A DNA stretch of 64,000 bases from a virus, in IMG/VR virus record IMGVR_UViG_3300027668_000013, positions 13,558-77,557 of that record; one strand, written 5' to 3'. This document shows, piece by piece, positions 48,369 through 57,095 of the stretch (position 1 is the stretch's first letter; every line of letters begins with the position of its first letter). The notes beneath the pieces were generated by a model. It saw nothing but the letters and a program-made list of their open reading frames with translations, did no database searches and was not told where the DNA came from. The position numbers were made by a program, and so were the translations under genes.

Positions 48369-49088
48369 TTATTCAATACTCTGTGTATTCTTTACGTTTG
48401 ATTGTACTCTTGGTGATTGTAGATTTTCAAGAGAAATATCTACTGCCATTTGTACAATTTCTTTATGCATATGCTCACTTAGTTCACAATCAGTTGTTGT
48501 ACTAAGATTCATTCTTATTGGTTTCTTTATAAATGTAATTAAAACATTGCTAATAGTATCATTATCTCCAACTTGAATAAATAAATTACCTTCTTCAAAA
48601 AATCCAACAGGATTATTAGCACTTGGCTTATTAAAGGGATCGCTTCCAAGAGTATACAAATCATCTTGTTGTACTAACTTTATAGAAGATCTTGTTCCAC
48701 TACAACCTGTTCCTGAAACAAATGCATCTCCTTTTATATAAAACATGTACTCTTCTATAGCACCCGAAAGTAGTCCAACATCATTATATAAACCTCCAAG
48801 ACTTAAATCTGCTTGAGAAACATTTTTTCCAACACTTGTGTACTGAGGTACAGGAGTTAAATTTGGAAATCTTGATACAACAAGTTCTTTTAAATCATCT
48901 GTACGCTTTTGATTTTCTTCAAATCCTTTTCTATACAAATTGTTTTTACCATAGCGAGTTTTTACAACTCTGTCCATTGCCTCGTTTAAAGTGATGTCAA
49001 TTTCTTCGTCCAACATTTCAGGGTATGCGTTGGAATCAACGGCATCCCTAAATATTTTGAACTCTAAATGCATTTCGGCAATAGTCAT
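48369..49088 (-). CDS. head-proximal ring/adaptor protein
   Basis: MTIAEMH.EF...EEID..LNEA...GFEENQKRTDDL..L...CELSEHMHKEIV..AV. Confidence 0.7.
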   Translation of the reverse strand: MTIAEMHLEFKIFRDAVDSNAYPEMLDEEIDITLNEAMDRVVKTRYGKNNLYRKGFEENQKRTDDLKELVVSRFPNLTPVPQYTSVGKNVSQADLSLGGLYNDVGLLSGAIEEYMFYIKGDAFVSGTGCSGTRSSIKLVQQDDLYTLGSDPFNKPSANNPVGFFEEGNLFIQVGDNDTISNVLITFIKKPIRMNLSTTTDCELSEHMHKEIVQMAVDISLENLQSPRVQSNVKNTQSIE

Positions 49089-49101
49089 TTGTTTTTATTC
49101 T

Positions 49102-49914
49102 TTACAATTTATCAATAGCTTGTTCAGCTTTCTTTAAACCAATTAAAATGTTTTGGTTATCTTTTGATTTCAAATATGCTACTGCAGCATCAATAGAATC
49201 TCCAAGTAAAATATCATTAAATCTTAATGGTAAATTATAACCTTGTCCAACACCATCTTTACTTACAATACCTTTCTTAACTAATTTTATAATCCACACC
49301 TTGTCTTCAAAGTAAGGATCTCCAATTATTGCTAAGAATTTTGCAGGATTCTTTTCCAACTTGTCTCCAAGTAAATTTCTACAAATTTCTGGATCAGTAG
49401 TTCCTGGATAAGCACCTAACATGTATAATGCGTTGGCAACTTCGTCCTGAGTCATTGTTGCAAACTTAGCATAAGATTTTGCTACAATATCTCTTTCTTT
49501 ATTTTTAGTTTTAGCTTCATCATTAGCAGTAACCATTATAAATTCAATACCAGGCCCATTAATTTGACCTTGTGTTGTTGCAATTGTAGGATCTGCTTTT
49601 AAAGCATGATACTGCAAGTTGTGAAGTGGTACGTTTTCAGTATCTAACTGAACACCTTCTTCTGAAATAATAATAAAAAAATTATCCCAAAAATCACCAT
49701 TCATTTTCAAAGAACCTTCGTTGAGCCCTAACTCTTCTTCAAATTTTGTTTCTTCCTTTTGTGTTAAACCTGTTCTTAATTGGCCAGTACTTTTATTTAA
49801 ACCAGGAACCCATTTGGTTGCTGTATTATCATACTGTGGTTTAACCTTACCAGTCTTTTTGTCTTTTACTCCCCATGATACTTCACGGTCATGTTTTTTT
49901 ACTGTAACTATCAT
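49102..49914 (-). CDS. conserved crAss-like structural protein downstream of MCP
   Basis: TGLT..EE..FEEELGL...FW...LGDSIDAAVAYLK..NQ; synteny. Confidence 0.6.
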   Translation of the reverse strand: MIVTVKKHDREVSWGVKDKKTGKVKPQYDNTATKWVPGLNKSTGQLRTGLTQKEETKFEEELGLNEGSLKMNGDFWDNFFIIISEEGVQLDTENVPLHNLQYHALKADPTIATTQGQINGPGIEFIMVTANDEAKTKNKERDIVAKSYAKFATMTQDEVANALYMLGAYPGTTDPEICRNLLGDKLEKNPAKFLAIIGDPYFEDKVWIIKLVKKGIVSKDGVGQGYNLPLRFNDILLGDSIDAAVAYLKSKDNQNILIGLKKAEQAIDKL

Positions 49915-49941
49915 TTTCTGTCTTCTTTAAATTTCTTTCCC

Positions 49942-49984
49942 AAAAATAAAGGAGGGTTGGGGAAATCCCTTCCCCCTCCTTATT
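49942..49984 (-). terminator. intrinsic terminator after MCP
   Basis: Minus strand AAGGAGGG...CCCTCCTT followed by TATTTTT. Confidence 0.7.
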
Positions 49985-49987
49985 ATA

Positions 49988-51454
49988 TTATATTGATCTT
50001 AAGATTAATTCTCCACACGATGTTGGATCTTCAACCATGATACCACACTGCGATAAGAAGTGAACTTCATACCCGTCAATACCACTTGACCTTTGTATAC
50101 TAATTGATTTAGCAACTCCTCCATAAGGATCTGTTGAACCATTAACATGCCACATAGCCATATCTGAATCTTTCATTGCAACCTTTCGGATGTTTGCTCT
50201 ACCATTCTTTCTACCGAAGTTTAAGATTGAAAATCTGTAAGACTCAATTGGTTTTTTAGTAATTGGATGTAAATCTCTGTTTCTGATGATGTCATCATAC
50301 GGAGAAAATTCCTTAACAGTCAACTCAATACCATTCATAAACGTTACCGTTCTGAAGTATCCAGTGAATCCTAATTCATCACCCTTACCTGTAATAAACG
50401 TTCCTGTATTAGTAACAGTAATGTTATTACCTTTTGCGTACTCTTTGATCGCTCTATCGAACTCTCTCATACCCATTTTACCAGTTAACGCTACGAACTT
50501 GTGATCTCCACCCCATTTAGAAGCTGCATAAGATAAGTCTAATAAAAACTCATCAAGGATTTCATAAGAAAGTTTTGTATAGTAACGCTTGTTTGCAGGA
50601 GAAATTTGTTCTCTGAAACCAGCACCATGATAAATAGGTCTTTTGTTTTCACCCTGAAGCTTAACATAACCTTGAGTATCTTTATTGTATTTAGAATAGA
50701 TATATGATCTATCTGTTTCTCTATACCATTTTGCCATTGCAGTCCACTCAGCTAATTTAGTCCATAGCTTAGTTTTCTTTGATGGATCAGCTGGATCGTA
50801 TAACTCAACAACCATAACCGCTTTAGCCGCTTCACGAGAAACTTTGTAAGTCTTTCTTAAAGTAGTTAATTGATTTTGTAGTTTGTAAGGAGTTGAGAAA
50901 CCATGTCCTCCACCTTTGTTTGAGTACTCTTCAACTGAAGACCAATCTTTAGACCATCTTGCTCCCATTTGGATGTAAGCCGGGTCACAAAACATTTTAG
51001 GATTTGGATCTGTTAATTGTACAGTATAAATCCATCCGTTACCTGACTGGTAAGGTTCTGAAATTACGTGTACTTGAGTTTTTGCATCATCTCCAACTAA
51101 ATTGTCAGAAACATCAAACCATTTTTCAGCTAATGTGATTTTAAATGGTTGTCCACCATAACCTGGTGTGCTGTCTGAACCTGTTGGATTAGCAACACAC
51201 TCGATTGCTTTTTCTGATTGAGAATGTAGATCCCATTCGTACTCTCTGTTTGAAACATAAAGAGTGTTACCAATACCTCCGGTTAATAGAGAAAGAACAT
51301 TGTTTTCCTGAATACCGAAAGCGTAAGCTAATACTGATCCAACTTTTTCTGGTTCAGTAAGGTATGCATTGGACAAATGGTTAGTCTCTGATAAACCGTT
51401 GAAGTCTCTCGTTTGATAGACCTGTAACGGGGATACTTGAGTTTTACTTGCCAT
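49988..51454 (-). CDS. major capsid protein (crAss-like)
   Basis: 488 aa; ETNHL, YEWDL, QNQLTTLRK, GAGFREQI, LTGKMGMREF, GYEVHFL...DPTSCGEL; follows portal and scaffold. Confidence 0.85.
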   Translation of the reverse strand: MASKTQVSPLQVYQTRDFNGLSETNHLSNAYLTEPEKVGSVLAYAFGIQENNVLSLLTGGIGNTLYVSNREYEWDLHSQSEKAIECVANPTGSDSTPGYGGQPFKITLAEKWFDVSDNLVGDDAKTQVHVISEPYQSGNGWIYTVQLTDPNPKMFCDPAYIQMGARWSKDWSSVEEYSNKGGGHGFSTPYKLQNQLTTLRKTYKVSREAAKAVMVVELYDPADPSKKTKLWTKLAEWTAMAKWYRETDRSYIYSKYNKDTQGYVKLQGENKRPIYHGAGFREQISPANKRYYTKLSYEILDEFLLDLSYAASKWGGDHKFVALTGKMGMREFDRAIKEYAKGNNITVTNTGTFITGKGDELGFTGYFRTVTFMNGIELTVKEFSPYDDIIRNRDLHPITKKPIESYRFSILNFGRKNGRANIRKVAMKDSDMAMWHVNGSTDPYGGVAKSISIQRSSGIDGYEVHFLSQCGIMVEDPTSCGELILRSI

Positions 51455-51484
51455 AATTTGAATTTTTAATTTTTAATATTTTAA

Positions 51485-52579
51485 TTAAAAAGACCAAGGT
51501 ATATCAATACCTCCACCTTTTGATTGTTTATTTTGTTTTCCTTTTGGATTAACATTTCCGTCTCGATAATTGTTAAGTTTCTTTCTAAGTTTAATAGCCT
51601 GGTTTGATGCGACTTGCTCACTAAGTTTTGACTTATCAAAGCCATCCATTGCAAACATTGCATACAACAATCTATTTTCTTCAGAATCCATCTCTTGAAA
51701 TTTAGTCTGGCCTTTACTGTTTGGCTTAGTTATAAATTCATATAACTTTTTAGCCTTTGTTTCAGTTAATGCAAAACCTTGAATCTCTCTTAAATTAGTA
51801 ACTGTGTTTTTAAATTCTACAGATTCTTTTTCAATTCTTTCTTCGTATTCTACTTTATCAGATTCAATTTTTTCAAGTACTTGCTTGTCAGCATGTAATT
51901 TGTTTTGATGAAGTTTCTTTTGAGCAAGTACTGCTTCTTTCTGAAGAATACCAGCATCTTTAAGGCTTTCAAGTCTATCTTTAATTTCAAGATCTTCGAA
52001 TCCTTGTAATTTCATCCAGTCTTCAATTAAGTAGCCTTGATTTCTTTCGCTACTTATATCAACTTGACTAAAATCAACTTCTGTCTGCATTGATTGAAAA
52101 TCTTCAAGAGTACCACCTCTTTCAAGAACATCAAGTAATTGAGTAGCTTCTTCTGGAAGACTTTGTTTAAAATCTGTAATGGCGTTTTGAGATTTTCTCG
52201 CAACCGTTTCTTTAATTAAACTTTTAAATCCTTCTTCACTTGGCTCGTATTCAGAATCTTCGTCAAATTCTAAAAGACCACTACCAGCAAACTTCTCCAT
52301 CATTTCTTGGATCGGTGTAACTTCTCTGTCTGAATCATCATTAACAGGAACATCTACTTCACTTTCTTCTTCTATCTCGGCCTCTTTTCCTGTGACTGTT
52401 TCATCTGATGAGTCATCATCTTCATCTTCTTCAATTGCATCAATTGCTCCTCCATGACCTTCTGTAACAACTTCTTCTTCTATTTCAGCTGTAGAGTTTT
52501 CATCGCTTTCATACTTAGTATGATCAAGTTCAAAAATGTCAAGGAACGAGTCTTCTGTCTTATTTTCTGTCTCTCCCAT
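51485..52579 (-). CDS. capsid scaffolding-like protein
   Basis: Highly acidic N-terminus, helical C-terminus; immediately upstream of MCP; likely ATG start at 52579. Confidence 0.65.
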   Translation of the reverse strand: MGETENKTEDSFLDIFELDHTKYESDENSTAEIEEEVVTEGHGGAIDAIEEDEDDDSSDETVTGKEAEIEEESEVDVPVNDDSDREVTPIQEMMEKFAGSGLLEFDEDSEYEPSEEGFKSLIKETVARKSQNAITDFKQSLPEEATQLLDVLERGGTLEDFQSMQTEVDFSQVDISSERNQGYLIEDWMKLQGFEDLEIKDRLESLKDAGILQKEAVLAQKKLHQNKLHADKQVLEKIESDKVEYEERIEKESVEFKNTVTNLREIQGFALTETKAKKLYEFITKPNSKGQTKFQEMDSEENRLLYAMFAMDGFDKSKLSEQVASNQAIKLRKKLNNYRDGNVNPKGKQNKQSKGGGIDIPWSF

Positions 52580-52582
52580 AAT

Positions 52583-52590
52583 CAAATATA
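52583..52590 (-). promoter_or_regulatory. Bacteroidota sigma70 -7 box (TATATTTG)
   Basis: Exact TAnnTTTG ending 3 nt before the ATG of the scaffold gene. Confidence 0.5.
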
Positions 52591-52684
52591 CTTTTTTTGT
52601 TTATAATATGTTAAGTTATTAATATACGTTATATATGTAAAACTTTTATATAGTAGGAGAAAAGTTTACTTTTATATAAAAGTT

Positions 52685-54646
52685 TTATTTTCCACCTATT
52701 CGTAAAAAAGAAGGTTTTTGTTTTTTTTCTTTCTTTTTTGTTTTAGTAACTCCCGATTTACCATAAGGAAACATTTTACCGTTTTTATATTTTAATCCCA
52801 TTCTTAATTCTGGAGGAGCAAATTTTGATATTGGATCTACTCCTACATCTCCTGTTGTAGCCCCATCTTTACCAGGTAGTCCTTTAACACCAAACTTACT
52901 TTTTTCAGGTGGAACTATTTCATTAGCACCTGCCTTTGGCTTCATTCCTAATTTTTCTTTTATTTTATCTTGTGGTGACTTCATAGCACCTTGCATTGTG
53001 TTTGTTACACTGTTTGCATTATTAAAAATACCAGCAACTTTATTTGCATCTTCATTTCCACTTGCTCCATATTGGCCCATTATTGATGCTACTCCTGAAG
53101 CAAGTCCTAAACCTTTACCAGCTATCCCAAGTCCTTTATCTAAAGGACTACCTTCAGTTCCAGATTTTTTCATAGCACCACCTAATTTACTCATTAGTCC
53201 ACCACTTGCAGCTGCTCCACCGGCCGCTCCTGCACTTGCACCTGCGCCTGCGGCTGCACCACCTTTTACAAGAGCTCCTAATGCTAAACCTAAAGGATAC
53301 TTCTTTTTACCTTTACTGTAAGTGTACTGTCCTTTTCTACCGTTATTGTATTTAATGCCCATAGGCATTTTTTTCTTTACCTGTTTCATCTTATTAGTTC
53401 CTTTTACTTTATACAAATCTATTATTTTTACATTGCTGTCGATTTTTTGTTTTCGTTCAGCTTCGGCTTTTGTTATTCCTATTTGTGTTCCATCTGAATT
53501 TATGAAAAAATATTTAGTTGGACCACTACCGTCTGTAATATACTTTATTTTACCTGTATTATTTTTATTTTCAAAATACCCTTCTTCTTTGTCTTCACTT
53601 TGAATCTCTTCTTCTGGAAGATCAGTTGGATATTTTATTTCATTAATAAGTCTTGTAAAACTTGGCTTATCTTTAATAGTTTCACCAAGTTTTGTCATTG
53701 TAGTACCATCTTTTAATTTAGTACCTTCTTCAAAATATTTATCTTCGGCAGGAATTTCTGCGGTAGTTTCTACAGACTTTTTAACAATAGCTTCTACAGG
53801 CTTCTCTTTCTTTTTTAATTCTACTGTTGTTTTAGGAAAATCATACATACCGAACTTTGTAAACCCACCTTTAATTTTTGCTTGCTCAGTTCGTGAAGGT
53901 TCTATTCCTTTATCAGACCATTCTTTTTTTATGTCGATTCTTTCTTTTATTGTAGAAGCTGAATCAGAAATATTTTTTAACTTTTTTTCTGCTGCAAAAT
54001 CATTTGCTTCATATTCCTCATCGGTCATTGAATCATTTAATTTTGCTTGCTTTTTATAGTCTTCAGATATTTGATTATTTTTTAATTTAAGATCAATCAT
54101 TTGTTGAGCTGAACTGGTACTATCAGTCCTTGCTTGTTGCTCCATTTTAAATTGTTCTGGATCTTCTACATATACTATTTTTTTATTTCCTCCTTTACCA
54201 TCAGGAAATGTTTTTGTTAAACCTACATTAAAACCAGGTTCAAACTTTCCAGAATTTTGTTTATACTTACTAATATTCCCACTTTCAAACCCTAAGTTTA
54301 AATTTAAATTTTTATTAATTGGTATGTTTTGATTTACTTTTAAATTTTTGTAATATTTAGATAAATCTCCAGACAAATTAGTATTTCCATAATTAACTTG
54401 TCCTCCTATACCAAGTTCTTCTTCCATAGGATAAGCATAACCTGTAATCTTTTTTCCTTTACCATCAGGATATTTAAGACCTCTCCGTGCTGTTATCTTT
54501 TTTTCTTGTTCTAACATTTGCTTTGTAGGCTCTTTTCCAGATCCTGCATTTGCTCTTATGTTATCCCACAAACCCCTTCGAGAAGAAGAACCATCGGCTC
54601 TTTTTATCATATTACTTTTACCAAGATTATATTTTTTATTTATCAT
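52685..54646 (-). CDS. modular virion/cargo-like protein
   Basis: KRADGS..RGLWDNIRAN.GSGK.PTKQML module, beta-strand segment, Gly/Ala hydrophobic segment, repeated YxxG motifs; between portal and scaffold. Confidence 0.55.
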   Translation of the reverse strand: MINKKYNLGKSNMIKRADGSSSRRGLWDNIRANAGSGKEPTKQMLEQEKKITARRGLKYPDGKGKKITGYAYPMEEELGIGGQVNYGNTNLSGDLSKYYKNLKVNQNIPINKNLNLNLGFESGNISKYKQNSGKFEPGFNVGLTKTFPDGKGGNKKIVYVEDPEQFKMEQQARTDSTSSAQQMIDLKLKNNQISEDYKKQAKLNDSMTDEEYEANDFAAEKKLKNISDSASTIKERIDIKKEWSDKGIEPSRTEQAKIKGGFTKFGMYDFPKTTVELKKKEKPVEAIVKKSVETTAEIPAEDKYFEEGTKLKDGTTMTKLGETIKDKPSFTRLINEIKYPTDLPEEEIQSEDKEEGYFENKNNTGKIKYITDGSGPTKYFFINSDGTQIGITKAEAERKQKIDSNVKIIDLYKVKGTNKMKQVKKKMPMGIKYNNGRKGQYTYSKGKKKYPLGLALGALVKGGAAAGAGASAGAAGGAAASGGLMSKLGGAMKKSGTEGSPLDKGLGIAGKGLGLASGVASIMGQYGASGNEDANKVAGIFNNANSVTNTMQGAMKSPQDKIKEKLGMKPKAGANEIVPPEKSKFGVKGLPGKDGATTGDVGVDPISKFAPPELRMGLKYKNGKMFPYGKSGVTKTKKKEKKQKPSFLRIGGK

Positions 54647-57090
54647 CTCTTAGGTGGTTTTTCTCCAGAGACAGGATTCTTTAATGCTGTTTTAGCTTTA
54701 AGTTTTTCTATCCTTTCTTTTGAGTCTATTTCTTTTTCTTTTAGATTTCTGTCTTTTTGTTTTTCAGTTGTTTCTTGATTTAACTTTCTATTTTCAAGAT
54801 TGTTTTTTCTTTCAGCTTCCATTTGCTTAAGAGTAAGATTACCATAGGCTACCATGTCATTAACATCATTACCTTGGATGTCTTCATCAAACCCCATACT
54901 TGAAATAACAGCCCTTCTAATATCTGCTTGACGATCTCTCTCATTTTGATCTGCAGTAAATTCTCTTTCAGCAGCTTTCTCTTGAGCTTGAGCTTGCATT
55001 TGCTGTTGTTGCATTTGCATATCTTCTTCTCTTTGTTGTTGAGATTGTTGCTGTTGTTTAGCTTCGGCATCTTCCATAAGGTTAGACAACTCACTAATAG
55101 AATTAGATTTAAACATCTTAATGATATCAGAAAACATTGTTTGTCCTGTTTGAAGACCTCTGTCTGCAAGCATTTCAAGTTTCTGAAACATCTTAGATTC
55201 TTTACTTGAATTTGTAACAAATAAACCATAATCTGAATCAGAAAATTTATCCATGTCTATATCCGCAGATATTCTTTGTACATCATCTAAAATGTAATGT
55301 ACTTTTTTATTTTGTGGATATGCAAATTTTGCTGTTTCTAATAAAGATTCAAGAACTTTAGTTTTTACTTCATTGTGAACATAAAACCAAGGTTCAGTAA
55401 TATAACTACTTTGTTGAATACCTGTTGCTACCCCAGTAGCAGTTTCAGTAGCAAACGTTTGGCCTTCTGACTGTGGAGTAATACCTACAATCCTATCCAT
55501 CAATTGTTCTATTTTAGATAGAATGTTTACATACTGACCTACCGCAGAAGACAGTCCCATATCAATATTTGAGAATTGATTAAACTGTGATGTCTTACCT
55601 TGGAACTTTTCTTTACCTTCTTCAAAAGAGTTGATAAAAGCAATACCTAAGTTATCAAACATGTACATCCACTTGTCTAAATCAATACCCTCGGACCTTG
55701 GTATTTGAGCAATATCCATTACCATCTTCTTACCTTTTGCTTTAGCAAGTTCTGTTTCTAAACGGTACCAGATAATGTTATATAAATACTGATGGGGTTT
55801 TAATAAATCAACGAGTGATGTTTGTATTGAGTTTGTAGCATTGTATACTTTACCAACATAAGGTAATTTACATCTTCCTGGATCATCCATAGAAGAATTA
55901 TAATTAGGTAAAGGTTCAATGTTTACGTAATCCCCATCTGCTAACTTAGTACCTTGCCAAACTTCTCCTATCCATTGCCATTCCAAAGAGTAACCAGCTT
56001 CTTTCATTTCAGGTCTCATCTTAAAACTTTCATCAACAACCATTGTTGTTTCTTCTTCATTTTCATTTAAGTATGTTACAAAACCAATTTTTTTCATTGA
56101 CTTCCATACTACATGTTGTACTAAATGTTGATTAGAATTAGCATTGTTTCTTGAACTACCTTTATCGTTTTTAAAGTCAGATTGATGATATGCAAAACCA
56201 GGCTGCATTTGATTAGACAATCCTCGTTTTAAATCTCCTTCATCTAATTTCTTTACTTGCGCTTCTGTTAAATACTCACTAAACTCATCTAATATTTGAC
56301 CAGTAGTCATTAGTCTTTCTTCTCTAAACCAATCACCATCTTCAATATTCATGTTATCTGGATTTCTATCAAACTCACACATAATAGGATTACATGTTCT
56401 TACTTTAGGTTGATTGTTTGATATACCAATGTAATAATATTCTTCAGCTGCAATTAAGCCGTGCTCCCATCCAGTATTAAATTTTGATTGTAATTGCTCT
56501 TCATACTTTAAATATTCGAGTATATCATTACCCCATTGTTCTCTTATATCTCTTAATGAAGAAGATTTCCATTTGTCAATACCTTCGAAACTTTGTGGCG
56601 GTTCCATCTCTCCTGTTTCAGGATTCATCATTTCTTCTTGAGGAATACCAAGCATTGCCGCAACTTTAGCTTGAGCTACATAAAGAACCATTTCGGTTTC
56701 TTTCTTTTCTTTTTCACTTACAGCATTTCCGTTTACAGCATACACTTGAAAATTAAAAGGTCTTTCCATCTCCTCCCCTTTCAATCTGTTTATTTTATTT
56801 ACAATGAGATTTATATCTCTCATTTTTGCAGGCTTTCCTTTTTGATCAGTGTCTCCAAGTCCGTATGGATCTAACACATACTTAAAGTCACTTTCATCTA
56901 TAATAGAATTAACTAAATCGTAGTTTGTTTGTTTTCTTTCATGAGAACTTTTACCATTTGAGTTTCCACTACCGCCCATAGAACAAATTGCTTCTACACA
57001 ACTTTCTCTCCACTTTTTTACTTTTTTACTAAAAGAAAGTTTTTGTGATGGCATTGTGGAATACACATGATTACTGTTAGAATTGCTCAT
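54643..57090 (-). CDS. portal protein
   Basis: 815 aa; SLVDLLKPHQYLYNIIWYRLE..LAKAKGK, FNQF..IDM, GITPQ.EG; follows TerL. Confidence 0.9.
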   Translation of the reverse strand: MSNSNSNHVYSTMPSQKLSFSKKVKKWRESCVEAICSMGGSGNSNGKSSHERKQTNYDLVNSIIDESDFKYVLDPYGLGDTDQKGKPAKMRDINLIVNKINRLKGEEMERPFNFQVYAVNGNAVSEKEKKETEMVLYVAQAKVAAMLGIPQEEMMNPETGEMEPPQSFEGIDKWKSSSLRDIREQWGNDILEYLKYEEQLQSKFNTGWEHGLIAAEEYYYIGISNNQPKVRTCNPIMCEFDRNPDNMNIEDGDWFREERLMTTGQILDEFSEYLTEAQVKKLDEGDLKRGLSNQMQPGFAYHQSDFKNDKGSSRNNANSNQHLVQHVVWKSMKKIGFVTYLNENEEETTMVVDESFKMRPEMKEAGYSLEWQWIGEVWQGTKLADGDYVNIEPLPNYNSSMDDPGRCKLPYVGKVYNATNSIQTSLVDLLKPHQYLYNIIWYRLETELAKAKGKKMVMDIAQIPRSEGIDLDKWMYMFDNLGIAFINSFEEGKEKFQGKTSQFNQFSNIDMGLSSAVGQYVNILSKIEQLMDRIVGITPQSEGQTFATETATGVATGIQQSSYITEPWFYVHNEVKTKVLESLLETAKFAYPQNKKVHYILDDVQRISADIDMDKFSDSDYGLFVTNSSKESKMFQKLEMLADRGLQTGQTMFSDIIKMFKSNSISELSNLMEDAEAKQQQQSQQQREEDMQMQQQQMQAQAQEKAAEREFTADQNERDRQADIRRAVISSMGFDEDIQGNDVNDMVAYGNLTLKQMEAERKNNLENRKLNQETTEKQKDRNLKEKEIDSKERIEKLKAKTALKNPVSGEKPPKR

Positions 57091-57095
57091 ATTAT

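Noticed and set aside
52639-52686. 14-bp inverted repeat AAAACTTTTATATA/TATATAAAAGTTTT
   Set aside because: Almost purely A/T; might be a weak terminator, but function cannot be supported.
54960-55070. Gln-rich repeat in the portal gene
   Set aside because: Ordinary low-complexity coiled-coil of portal C-termini.
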